Position numbers and translations under genes: made by a program
Notes under the pieces: generated by a model
What the model was told of the DNA's origin: nothing
Databases searched by the model: none
Seen by the model: the letters and a program-made list of their open reading frames with translations, nothing else
Part shown: positions 16,355-25,708 of the stretch, in pieces
Numbering within the stretch: position 1 is the first letter of the stretch
Layout: every line of letters starts with the position of its first letter
NCBI GenBank assembly: GCA_963643345.1
Contig: CAVIJK010000001.1
Location: forward strand, 14,390 to 78,389
Source: a bacterium
Lineage (GTDB): Bacteria; Bacillota_I; Bacilli_A; RFN20; CAG-826
DNA length: 64,000 nt
Reading direction: 5' to 3'

Positions 16355-19300
16355 TAAACAAAAGCAAGCGATTGATTCCAGAGAAGGCAATTTCCTCGTA
16401 TCTGCAGGCGCAGGATCCGGCAAGACCGCCGTTTTAACCCAAAGAATCACAGATATCATCGCATCGAAACAAGCCAAAATCTCTGAATTTTTGGTCCTGA
16501 CATTCTCCAATAAAGCCGCCCATGAGATGAAGACTAGGATTAGAAAATCCCTTAAGAAAAACGGGATGGATGAAGAATCCGAACAAGTTGAGCTGGCGGA
16601 TATAACCACTTTCGATGCCTACGCAAGAAGAATTGTGATTAAATATTCTGATAAATTGGGAATAGACCCCAATTTCAACGTTATCGACGAAACGTACCTC
16701 GAGACACTCAAGAGGCATTTTCTTGACGAGATTATTGAAGAAGGGTTATCCAATCAGCGGATAAAGAAAACATTCGAACGCTTCTCGATTAAAAATTGCG
16801 ATAACATCATTGATTTGGTGATGAAATTGCAAAAATTCGCGGATAAATACGGGGATAGGCTTGCACTTTATGAAAGCCTTATAAAACGCGTTACCAACAA
16901 AGAGTGGGTCGACGTTTGTCTTAATGAGCTTTATTCGAATATAAATTTTCATATACATGAGTGTTTAAATCTTATCGATCAATATCAAAACGATGACGCC
17001 GCAGAAGCCGATAGAGCAATCATTGCTCCGTTTGCCGATTTGAAGACGTATGATGCCTTCTATAAACTTTCTTCCCAAACGCCTGTCAAATTCAAAATAT
17101 TCAAGGGCGATGCAAAGCTTGATAGTTTTACCAATAGTGTTCGCCAGAACGTTAAGGATGAATTTAGGTCTTATCTCAATTTGGCTAAATCTCTCGGAGA
17201 TTCTAATAACCAAAGGGCAAGGCTTGGCGAAATGAGTGATGACATCATTTCCATTATTGTTCTTTCCAGGAATTTGGATGACCAAATCAATCTATTTAAG
17301 GGAAATGCATCCGCTTGGACGTTTGCTGATGTTTTTTCGTTTGCTTGTCGCGCTGTGAGGGATAAAGAAATTCGTGAGGAAATTGCTAGCAAGTACAAAT
17401 TCATTATGGTTGATGAGTACCAAGACACCAATATGCTTCAGGAAAATTTTATTAAAGCTATTGCAAGAAACAATGTCTTCGCTGTTGGAGATATAAAACA
17501 ATCAATTTATAGATTCCGTAATGCAGAACCGTCTATTTTTGCCGGTAAGTTCGAAGCATATGGGAAAAATATAGGCGGGACATTGATAAAACTTCAGGAC
17601 AATTTCCGTTCAAGAAAAGAAGTGGTCGATGATATTAATAGCATCTTTTCAGGGTGCATGTCAGATGAGCTTGGGTCTGTTGATTATGCAAAAGGGCATT
17701 CGTTCAATTGGGGGAACAAGGATGCCTATGGCTCTACATGTAGTGAAGAACATAATTGCGAGATCCTCCTATATAGCGACCACGACAAAAAATCACAACT
17801 CAATGATCAAGAACGCGAAGCCATGGTCATCGCAAATGACATAATCTCTAAACTTGAGAACCATTATCAGGTCCTTGGAAGCGATGGCAAGATGCGTGAT
17901 TGCAGGCCATCTGATTTTGCAATCTTGATTTCCAGGAAAACAAACTTCCCTGTCTATAAGAAAATATTCGCTGAGTGCAAAATTCCTCTAGCCGCCTCAG
18001 ATGACAACAATATCTCTTTGAGCAATGTTTCAATGGCGTTGATCTCTTTTATCCGTTTATTTGGTTGCGTCGATGGTGAAACGGATGAGCTTAAGAATGC
18101 AGAAAAATTCTATTATGTCTCATTGATGAGAAGCTACGTTTGCAATAAATCGGATAAAGATATATTCGATTCCATAAAATCAGGTGCGTACAGGATCTCG
18201 CCTGTTTTTGAAATGATTAGGAAAAATAGGGACCGCTTAACCACCTTATCCGTTAAGGATGCGGTCAGCGAGATGCTTCATATGTTACCGTTCGTTGACA
18301 ACTTGAAATATGTTGGCGATGTTACCACGAATTACGAGGTGTTGAAAGCTGTTGTAAACACCGCCGCAAATATCGATGCCATTGGTGGATCTATGTTAGA
18401 TTTGCTCCAATATTTTGATGATTTGGATGAATATGGCCTCAAACTTTCGGTAAAAGAATCGGGAGACAGCGGAGATGGTGTTCAACTTATGTCGGTTCAC
18501 GCCTCAAAAGGCTTGGAATTCCCCATCATTTACTGTCCTGACTTAGCAAGAAAGACAAATAAAGACGAATGCAAAGGGGGATTCCTTATCGATGATGTTT
18601 ATGGTATGGCGCTTCCGAAAACCAAATGCGATGAATATTCGCTCAATATGCTTCATTATTTAATTTCTCAAAGGGTTGGCGCCGAAGCCATCAGTGAGTT
18701 CCTGAGACTGTTCTATGTCGGACTTACCAGGGCCAAAGAAAAAATTATTCTCGTTCTTAAGAAACACGAAGACTTTGATTACACAAAAATCACAAACATT
18801 TCATTGCTTAAGACTTCTTGTTCCACGGATAAAAACGGCGAAGAAGTGGTTAAGACCAGTGTTTTGAATGCCGATTCATTCGAAAAATTCCTCGCAATAT
18901 CGGAAAAGAAAATTAAAACAGTGGATGTCATTGTAACTAAGCCAAAAGAACTATCGGCTCAGTCCGTTGTTGTTGAGGACAGCCCTGCACCGATATTTAG
19001 AACAATTAAGGTTTTGCCGATCATCAAAGACCGCAAGAAGGCATCTAAAACAAGTGTTGAGCCAATCGATGAGGGTGCGCTTGCATATGGAACACGTTTA
19101 CATAGGCTGCTTGAGATTGTTGATTTCAACACCAAGGATACCTCGTTTATCACCAATGATAAGGAAAAGACCATTATCGACAAAGTTTTATCTCTCCCTG
19201 TTTTTGATGATGTTGCAGACGCAAAGGTCTATCACGAATATGCTTTCTTTGATGAAGAGGAAAACATACACGGCTCAATAGATTTGCTCATGGTCTATAA

Positions 19301-19463
19301 AGATCATGCGTACATAATTGATTTTAAAACGAAACATATTGACGACCCCGCTTATCTGAAACAACTTTCCATTTATAAAAACTTTGTAGAGAAAAAGTTC
19401 GGTCTTCGCGCGCACACGGGATTACTTTCTATTATCGGAGCTGAATTTAAAAGCGTAGAATAA
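16320..19463 (+). CDS. addA: AddA/RexA ATP-dependent helicase/nuclease subunit A
   Basis: UvrD-type helicase motifs ('VSAGAGSGKTAVLTQR', 'MVDEYQDTN', 'VGDIKQSIYRFR') and a C-terminal RecB-family nuclease motif ('GSIDLLMVY…IIDFKT'). Confidence 0.8.
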   Translation: MKRRVLKMAWTDKQKQAIDSREGNFLVSAGAGSGKTAVLTQRITDIIASKQAKISEFLVLTFSNKAAHEMKTRIRKSLKKNGMDEESEQVELADITTFDAYARRIVIKYSDKLGIDPNFNVIDETYLETLKRHFLDEIIEEGLSNQRIKKTFERFSIKNCDNIIDLVMKLQKFADKYGDRLALYESLIKRVTNKEWVDVCLNELYSNINFHIHECLNLIDQYQNDDAAEADRAIIAPFADLKTYDAFYKLSSQTPVKFKIFKGDAKLDSFTNSVRQNVKDEFRSYLNLAKSLGDSNNQRARLGEMSDDIISIIVLSRNLDDQINLFKGNASAWTFADVFSFACRAVRDKEIREEIASKYKFIMVDEYQDTNMLQENFIKAIARNNVFAVGDIKQSIYRFRNAEPSIFAGKFEAYGKNIGGTLIKLQDNFRSRKEVVDDINSIFSGCMSDELGSVDYAKGHSFNWGNKDAYGSTCSEEHNCEILLYSDHDKKSQLNDQEREAMVIANDIISKLENHYQVLGSDGKMRDCRPSDFAILISRKTNFPVYKKIFAECKIPLAASDDNNISLSNVSMALISFIRLFGCVDGETDELKNAEKFYYVSLMRSYVCNKSDKDIFDSIKSGAYRISPVFEMIRKNRDRLTTLSVKDAVSEMLHMLPFVDNLKYVGDVTTNYEVLKAVVNTAANIDAIGGSMLDLLQYFDDLDEYGLKLSVKESGDSGDGVQLMSVHASKGLEFPIIYCPDLARKTNKDECKGGFLIDDVYGMALPKTKCDEYSLNMLHYLISQRVGAEAISEFLRLFYVGLTRAKEKIILVLKKHEDFDYTKITNISLLKTSCSTDKNGEEVVKTSVLNADSFEKFLAISEKKIKTVDVIVTKPKELSAQSVVVEDSPAPIFRTIKVLPIIKDRKKASKTSVEPIDEGALAYGTRLHRLLEIVDFNTKDTSFITNDKEKTIIDKVLSLPVFDDVADAKVYHEYAFFDEEENIHGSIDLLMVYKDHAYIIDFKTKHIDDPAYLKQLSIYKNFVEKKFGLRAHTGLLSIIGAEFKSVE

Positions 19464-19468
19464 AAAAC

Positions 19469-20614
19469 ATGGAAGAAATAAACGAGAAAGAAAAACTACT
19501 ATTCTTCAGGACTTTGGACTACCTAAAGGTTAACCCTCATGTAGACAAAGAGATTTTGTATACGCTTTTCGTCAGTGCTAAAGATGCGGCAGAATCTCTG
19601 AAAGAAGAAAACGAGATTTTCTCGAGGATGCAGATAAATCCAATCGAAATAATTCTTTATCTAGTTAACGAATACACGTTCTATCTGGCTACTCATAATA
19701 AAACCACGCAAGAAGACATCTCCAAAAACGAAGATCTTCAAGATTATATTGTCGCCATTGCCGTTGATAAATACTACACAAACGAACATATGGCGTTTAA
19801 ATCTACGGTTCTCTCCAATAAATATCTACCGGAAATTTCCACCGTTACTCTTTATTTGAATTTCGTTCTAGGCATTCTTTCTAGATACAAGATGAATGAC
19901 CCTACACAGACTTTATTGGTTGATATGCTTCATAAAGGGTTCTCTCAGGCCAAATGCGTCGTTGAACTGGTTAACAGCGGCTATGAGACAGAGGCATTCT
20001 CAGCCTGGAGAACACTTCATGAAATTGAATGCATTTTCGCTTTGCTCATCAAACATGGGGAACCGGTAATCAAATCGTATTTAGAACATATGCAATATGC
20101 ACGCGCTTTTAGGCATATGATTCCGGATAAAGATGCGACAGACGCAGTCTTTGTTCGCATCAAAGAAGGGATGAAAGCTCATGACCTCAAGAGCAAAGAC
20201 ATGAAACGCTTCATTGAATATGGCTGGCTTTTTGCGATTCCCGATATCGATAAGGTTGTCGACTTTAAGCTCAATTTCAGAGATGGCGTTGAAAGATGCG
20301 CGGGTTTGCGTGATAAGGCGGAAATCTATGAAATGTCTTCAGAGATCGCCCATTCCTCGCCGTTGCTTATTTATTCTGATAACCGCAAATCATATTATTA
20401 TCTAATCACAATCATGAATCTTTATGAGTCATTCTTTAGACTTGAGAAGTATTTCGCCTCATTCTATTTGTCTAAACTCCCAGAAGATGAAAAGAAAAAA
20501 TATTTTGAAATGAGGAACAAATATTTAGGGCAGCTCCAGGTTTGTTATGATGTTGAAAGATATAGATTCGCTTCCCTAACTGGACAAATTAAAAAACCGG
20601 ATGTTCAACAATAG
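19469..20614 (+). CDS. hypothetical protein (381 aa, predicted helical, no recognised motif)
   Basis: Long ORF with typical codon usage. It is tightly linked downstream of addA and ends at a strong terminator. Confidence 0.5.
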   Translation: MEEINEKEKLLFFRTLDYLKVNPHVDKEILYTLFVSAKDAAESLKEENEIFSRMQINPIEIILYLVNEYTFYLATHNKTTQEDISKNEDLQDYIVAIAVDKYYTNEHMAFKSTVLSNKYLPEISTVTLYLNFVLGILSRYKMNDPTQTLLVDMLHKGFSQAKCVVELVNSGYETEAFSAWRTLHEIECIFALLIKHGEPVIKSYLEHMQYARAFRHMIPDKDATDAVFVRIKEGMKAHDLKSKDMKRFIEYGWLFAIPDIDKVVDFKLNFRDGVERCAGLRDKAEIYEMSSEIAHSSPLLIYSDNRKSYYYLITIMNLYESFFRLEKYFASFYLSKLPEDEKKKYFEMRNKYLGQLQVCYDVERYRFASLTGQIKKPDVQQ

Positions 20615-20624
20615 CAAATATTAA

Positions 20625-20660
20625 ATAAAAAACTGACCGCATTGGTCAGTTTTAATTTTT
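20625..20660. terminator. bidirectional intrinsic terminator between convergent genes
   Basis: Perfect hairpin CTGACC-gcatt-GGTCAG (20633–20649), flanked by an A-run upstream and 'TTTTAATTTTT' downstream. Confidence 0.7.
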
Positions 20661-22308
20661 AGACGTCTGCGTAACAGCTTCCGCCTATGAATTCTCGCAT
20701 CAATGAATTCGATGGGACCCAAGAATCATCCATGTCTACGAAAAATTTTAACATATGCATGAGTCTTGTTGCAGTGTGGTGGTATGGCGATTCCTTGCTG
20801 ATTTTCTCAAGGAGTGGCATTGCGTATTTCTTCAGCACCGGCAATTCGTATGCGAGATAGGAATTGTAAACGTAATCACAGCCTTCTTGCGTTGGATAAA
20901 TCCATTTGAATTCGCCCGCGCGAACATTGGACCACATGCCGAACGTTTCCTCGGCCGGTGAATTTCTGAACTGATAGTCTCTGACCATTCTTCTGATTAA
21001 ACGTAAATCGGTGATTGAAAGAGGGTTATGGTCATCGATGTTAATTTGCGATTGAGGGGAAATAAAAATTTTGAATTTGTTGTTTTTTGGGATGTCTCTA
21101 GTCATTCTTTCGTTTAAGGCGTGGATGCCTTCGATAACGATTGGCTCATCTTTGTTTACTTTCAGTTTTCTCCCCGGTACTCTGTGGCCGAGTTTGAAAT
21201 CGAACTTTGGAAGTTCAACTTCCTCGCCATTTATTAAATCAATCATATTTTGATTGAACAGGTCTATGTCCAAAGCGTCAATTGACTCCAAATCCGGGGT
21301 TCCATCGGCATTTTTCGGGCATTGATCATTCTTTAGATAATAATCGTCTAGCGATATTCTTATTGGTTTGATGCCTCTAGATAAGAGTTCGACTCGAAGC
21401 CTGTTTGCAAACGTCGTTTTCCCTGACGAAGATGGTCCGGCAACACATATCAATCTTATGTTGCTGATATCGTCTTCAATTAGCTGCCCCAATTCCGCGA
21501 GCATACGATTGTGTCTAGCTTCACAGATGTTGATGAACTCGGATGAACCGGCCGTTTTGATTTCGTTGTTTATCCTTGCCACAGTATCGATTCCAACAAT
21601 CTTTGCCCAGTCGTGTTGCTCTTTTAATGTTCTCCCGTATGTTGGTGAATCTTTAAAGTCCGGTATTTGTCCGCCACACTCTGGGCGAGGATACTGAACC
21701 AAAAAACCCGGAGAATAAAGTCTGATTTTATATGATTTTATATATCCTGTCGATGGAACCATTCTTTCGTACATGTAGTTCATGTACCCGTCACATTCAT
21801 ACAGGTGTACCGTTTTTTCGGGCCTGTATTGTAGGATTTCCAATTTATCTTTGAATCCTTTTTCTTCGTATATCTTTGCGGCTTCCTCATTTGAGACGAT
21901 CACCCTCTTCAGTGGCAAATCGGCCTCCACGATTTTGTCTATCTCGTGTTTGACTTTTATTAGCATGGCTGTGTTGGCTTGATATTTGCCGCCTCTTAAG
22001 AATATTCCAATAGTCCTTGAAACATTGAATGTGAACTTAATTTCCAGTCCGGGATAACATCTTGCGAATGCCATTGCGATAACATATCTCAACGATGGTT
22101 CATATGCGCTTTTCGCGTCGTGATCGGCAAGCGTCAAAAACTGGATTTCCGCATCATAGAAAACTTCATAACTTAGTTCTCTTACCTTGTTATTCACCCT
22201 TGCACAAATGATGTGTCTATCTCTATTTTCGTTTTTTATCAGGTCTTCCAAAATCACCTTTTTATTAAAAGTCTTGGTTTTTCCGTTGTATTTCAAAGTA
22301 AATCCCAT
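20659..22308 (-). CDS. uridine/cytidine-kinase-family nucleoside kinase with N-terminal ThrRS/TGS-like domain
   Basis: P-loop 'VAGPSSSGKTTFANRL' in the C-terminal half, in a PRK/uridine-kinase family context. The ~250-aa N-terminal extension has the architecture seen in Clostridia-type 'udk'-like proteins. Confidence 0.6.
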   Translation of the reverse strand: MGFTLKYNGKTKTFNKKVILEDLIKNENRDRHIICARVNNKVRELSYEVFYDAEIQFLTLADHDAKSAYEPSLRYVIAMAFARCYPGLEIKFTFNVSRTIGIFLRGGKYQANTAMLIKVKHEIDKIVEADLPLKRVIVSNEEAAKIYEEKGFKDKLEILQYRPEKTVHLYECDGYMNYMYERMVPSTGYIKSYKIRLYSPGFLVQYPRPECGGQIPDFKDSPTYGRTLKEQHDWAKIVGIDTVARINNEIKTAGSSEFINICEARHNRMLAELGQLIEDDISNIRLICVAGPSSSGKTTFANRLRVELLSRGIKPIRISLDDYYLKNDQCPKNADGTPDLESIDALDIDLFNQNMIDLINGEEVELPKFDFKLGHRVPGRKLKVNKDEPIVIEGIHALNERMTRDIPKNNKFKIFISPQSQINIDDHNPLSITDLRLIRRMVRDYQFRNSPAEETFGMWSNVRAGEFKWIYPTQEGCDYVYNSYLAYELPVLKKYAMPLLEKISKESPYHHTATRLMHMLKFFVDMDDSWVPSNSLMREFIGGSCYADV

Positions 22309-22425
22309 GCTACGCTCCTTTCGTGTTCAAGCGTTATATAATAGCAAAATTTAGAATGTCTGCAAGCGCTTTCAAAAGATTTAACATTTTGATTTTTGAA
22401 GCCAGTTGCATAATTAAGCCAAGAG

Positions 22426-22953
22426 GTGTTTAGTATGAATAATTTATTGATCGTCGTTGACTTTCAAAATGATTTTGTAAATGGCTCTTTGGGGTTTGAT
22501 GGCGCTGAGGTTCTTGATGAGAAAATCTGCGAATTGATTAAAAAATTTAATTCGCAAGGGGACGATGTCGTTTATACGTTAGACACTCACTTTGCTGACT
22601 ATATGAATACTGAAGAAGGAAAGAACTTGCCAGTCCCGCATTGCATTCCAGGAACCATTGGGTATGAAGTGTATGGAAACACAAAAGAACTGTTGAAAAA
22701 CAAAATGTGTTTCAAAAAGAATACGTTCCCATCTTTAGATTTGGGCACTTGGTTAAAAGGGAAAGACTATCGTGAAATCACCATTGTTGGTCTAGATCTC
22801 TCGATTTGTGTTTTATCAAATGCCGTTATGGCCAAGGCAGCGTGCCCGAATGCTCATATTATTGTTGATACGAACTGTTCTTCCGGTGGAGATAGGGCTG
22901 CAAACGATATAGCCATCGCGGCAATGAAGAGAATACAGATCGAAATACGGTAA
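22426..22953 (+). CDS. isochorismatase-family cysteine hydrolase (nicotinamidase-like)
   Basis: Carries 'LLIVVDFQNDF' (catalytic Asp) and 'VGLDLSICVLSNA' (catalytic Cys) of the isochorismatase/PncA fold. Confidence 0.65.
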   Translation: MFSMNNLLIVVDFQNDFVNGSLGFDGAEVLDEKICELIKKFNSQGDDVVYTLDTHFADYMNTEEGKNLPVPHCIPGTIGYEVYGNTKELLKNKMCFKKNTFPSLDLGTWLKGKDYREITIVGLDLSICVLSNAVMAKAACPNAHIIVDTNCSSGGDRAANDIAIAAMKRIQIEIR

Positions 22954-22979
22954 TCTACTAACGATAGAGCAACGCTAAA

Positions 22980-23008
22980 TTGACTTATTCTTCCGCGATA
23001 AATAATAT
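22980..23008 (+). promoter_or_regulatory. sigma-A-like promoter of the atp operon
   Basis: TTGACT (22980–22985), a 17-nt spacer, then TAATAT (23003–23008), 18 nt upstream of the atpI-like start. Confidence 0.45.
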
Positions 23009-23025
23009 ATACGCATAGGCACAAT

Positions 23026-23496
23026 ATGAAGAACTGGTTTAAAAAACTCACATCCAACGCAAAATCGTTGTTTATCTTGGGGTGTTTCGATGTTTTCGTT
23101 TTCGTTTGCATGATCCCTTTTGCTTTTTTCAGTACTGAATCGGGATATTGGCTCGGCTCTTTAATGCTCGGCTGGTTGCTTGGATGTTTTGCTCAAATAT
23201 TGGGGTACATTTCCATTATTTTTACCAGCAAAGTTTTAGGTAATATAAGCGGAACTAGTGGTCTTGGTAAATTGTTTGGTGGAGGCGGTTTTTTCATCCG
23301 CTACATTTTGTATGCCGGAGTTTTAACCATTTCGGCCATCAGCACTTTCAAACCTGAATGGTTTGGCGGCCTCAATTGTTTGAACTTTTTCTCGTGTTTT
23401 TCTTCAATCGTTATGCTATCATTCTACGTAATGATTTATAAAATCATTGAGATTAAAAATGAGTCCGAACCGACCGAGAACAAGGAGACGAACTAA
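23026..23496 (+). CDS. small polytopic membrane protein, probable AtpI-like
   Basis: First gene of the atp cluster, directly preceding atpB. Hydrophobic with ~4 TM. Confidence 0.4.
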   Translation: MKNWFKKLTSNAKSLFILGCFDVFVFVCMIPFAFFSTESGYWLGSLMLGWLLGCFAQILGYISIIFTSKVLGNISGTSGLGKLFGGGGFFIRYILYAGVLTISAISTFKPEWFGGLNCLNFFSCFSSIVMLSFYVMIYKIIEIKNESEPTENKETN

Positions 23497-24314
23497 TGAA
23501 TCTAACTGAAACAGTGGATCTCAATTATAGAATCGCCCATTTCTGGGATTGGGACTTGGACGGTGCTTTATTCTCCTCACTTTTCGTGATGCTCATTTTA
23601 ATCGTTTTATCGGTAGTCATTTATTTTAAAGTTAAAAAAGGGATGAAGAATAAGACATATCTCGAAAAGCCTAAAGGCCTTCTTCATCTTGTGGAGATTT
23701 ACTATAACTACATCGACAATTTGACCAAAGACAATATGGGTAACCACAACGAAGGTTGGGGTGGATATCTTTTTGGTTTATTCGCATATTTGTTTCTTGC
23801 GTTCATGTGGGGCGCAACAGGATTCCCATCCGTAGTTGACTGGCTAGCTGCTCCTCTTTGTTTGTCGGTCGTTATGTTCATTATCATTCAAGTCACCGCT
23901 CTTCATTACCAAAAGTTTTCTTATTTCCATCGTTATATTGAACCGATTGCGATATTCCTTCCGATTAATCTCGTCACCATGTGGTCACCAATCATCTCCA
24001 CCACGATGCGTATGTTTGGCAACGCCTTGTCAGGTTTTGTTTTGGTCGGAATCATTCAATGGGCTTTGGGCAGTGCAGCCAATGCTGTATATCAAACCCT
24101 TTTCAGCCCTTCTATTCAGTTAACTAGCTTCGTGCTCTCACCAATTGTTTCGGGCGTGTTGCAGTTATATTTCACCTTATTCTCCGGCGCCATTCAGACG
24201 TTGGTCTTCGGATCGCTCAATGCCGTTTGGATTGCTGCTGAGATACCAGAACCGGTGTCTCCAGCCTTGAACGATCAGATGAGGCCGGATGTGGCATCAT
24301 TTGCCGCAGAATAA
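23496..24314 (+). CDS. atpB: F0 ATP synthase subunit a
   Basis: Multi-TM protein with the essential Arg motif 'MRMFGNALSG' in the penultimate helix. Sits in operon position. Confidence 0.85.
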   Translation: MNLTETVDLNYRIAHFWDWDLDGALFSSLFVMLILIVLSVVIYFKVKKGMKNKTYLEKPKGLLHLVEIYYNYIDNLTKDNMGNHNEGWGGYLFGLFAYLFLAFMWGATGFPSVVDWLAAPLCLSVVMFIIIQVTALHYQKFSYFHRYIEPIAIFLPINLVTMWSPIISTTMRMFGNALSGFVLVGIIQWALGSAANAVYQTLFSPSIQLTSFVLSPIVSGVLQLYFTLFSGAIQTLVFGSLNAVWIAAEIPEPVSPALNDQMRPDVASFAAE

Positions 24315-24342
24315 GATAACCAAATCTAGGAGGTAACAATTT

Positions 24343-24588
24343 ATGACAACAGGATTCGGTTTAATTGCCCTCGGCGCAGGTTTTGCCGTTGGTATGGGTG
24401 GTTTATCAGCTATTGGCGAATCCTTGATTTGCTCCAAGGCAATCGAGGGAATGGCAAGAAACCCAGAAATGCAGAAGAAGCTTCAGTCAACAATGATTTT
24501 GGCTGTTGCGCTTGATGAATCAACTGCTATTTACTCTCTTATTGTCGCCATTCTTCTCATCTTCGTTTTCCCAGGAATGGCTGCCTAA
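24343..24588 (+). CDS. atpE: F0 ATP synthase subunit c
   Basis: 81-aa two-helix proteolipid with 'GLIALGAG…GMGG' glycine zipper. Confidence 0.85.
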   Translation: MTTGFGLIALGAGFAVGMGGLSAIGESLICSKAIEGMARNPEMQKKLQSTMILAVALDESTAIYSLIVAILLIFVFPGMAA

Positions 24589-24600
24589 TTTTCGCTGCAT

Positions 24601-25155
24601 ATGGAAAGTATCGTTAGATTACAAACAGTTCTAGCAGATGCTCCTTTCAGTTCTGAAGAATTCATTAAGAAACTCGTGCCAAACGGCTGGAGTCTCCTCA
24701 TCAATCTTCTTGCGCTGTTGGTTACTTTTACTATTCTCTATTTTTTGGCGTACAAGCCTGTTAGAAAATATCTAAAAGCTAGACAAGACGCCGTCAAAAA
24801 GAACATTGATGACGCAGAAGAGGCCAAACGAGTTGCGCAGTCGACTATTATAAATCGTGACGCCATCATCCGCGATGCCAATGAACAGGCCGTTAATATA
24901 GTTAACAAGGCTAAAGAAGACGGAGAGAAGAAGCGTCAAGAAATAGTTAAAGCCGCTGAGGATGAGGCTACTAAAAAGCTTGAACAGGCTAGAGAATCCA
25001 TCAAGCAGGAAGAGATTGCCTCTCGTGAAGCCATTAAGAAAGAAATCGTTGATGTTGCCATGGATATCTCGCAGGCAGTTTTGCCTCGCGAAATAACTGA
25101 AGAAGACAACAAGAGAATGCTTAATGAGCTCACAAATCAGTTAGAAGAGAAATAA
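24601..25155 (+). CDS. atpF: F0 ATP synthase subunit b
   Basis: Single N-terminal TM followed by a long charged coiled-coil. Sits in operon position. Confidence 0.8.
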   Translation: MESIVRLQTVLADAPFSSEEFIKKLVPNGWSLLINLLALLVTFTILYFLAYKPVRKYLKARQDAVKKNIDDAEEAKRVAQSTIINRDAIIRDANEQAVNIVNKAKEDGEKKRQEIVKAAEDEATKKLEQARESIKQEEIASREAIKKEIVDVAMDISQAVLPREITEEDNKRMLNELTNQLEEK

Positions 25156-25159
25156 TATT

Positions 25160-25708
25160 ATGAATAAGGATCACTATGCAAATTATGCCCAAGCGTTAAT
25201 ATCCTTTGCTAAAGAGGAAAATAACGTTCAGGGCTATAAAGATGACATTCTCTATGTATCGGGAGTATTTGATAAGAACACCGAACTAGTTGATTTTTTG
25301 TCATGCATGAGCGTATCTGAATCAGAAATTGATTCCGTCATCGATAATGTCTTCGGAAATCTCGGGAGCAAACACTTATGCTCGTTCTTAAAACTTTTAT
25401 CAGCCAAACACATATTGCGTCATTATGACAAGATATTTGCTTCATTTATTTCCAATTGCAACCAAGAACTCGGTGTGAAAGAGGGGATAATTTACTCGGT
25501 TGAAGCGATGCCTTTGGGTGACATAAAGAAAATTGAGCAATCATTATCGAAGAGATTGGAATCGAAAGTCTATCTCGAAAATCGTATCGACCATGATTTA
25601 ATCGGTGGATACAAAATCAGTATCGATGGAAAAGTCTATGACTCTTCCGTCGTTTCGAAACTTAACCGAATCAAAGCGGTTATATATCAAACAGAAGGAG
25701 GCAAATAA
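25160..25708 (+). CDS. atpH: F1 ATP synthase subunit delta
   Basis: ~180-aa OSCP-like protein between atpF and atpA. Confidence 0.75.
   Translation: MNKDHYANYAQALISFAKEENNVQGYKDDILYVSGVFDKNTELVDFLSCMSVSESEIDSVIDNVFGNLGSKHLCSFLKLLSAKHILRHYDKIFASFISNCNQELGVKEGIIYSVEAMPLGDIKKIEQSLSKRLESKVYLENRIDHDLIGGYKISIDGKVYDSSVVSKLNRIKAVIYQTEGGK

Noticed and set aside
16004-16609. 201-aa minus-strand ORF spanning the addB/addA junction
   Set aside because: It is entirely antisense to two well-supported overlapping genes. It has no start context and a hydrophobic low-complexity translation.
24936-25133. 65-aa antisense ORF within atpF
   Set aside because: Antisense to a conserved operon gene. Ser/Leu-rich low-complexity translation.
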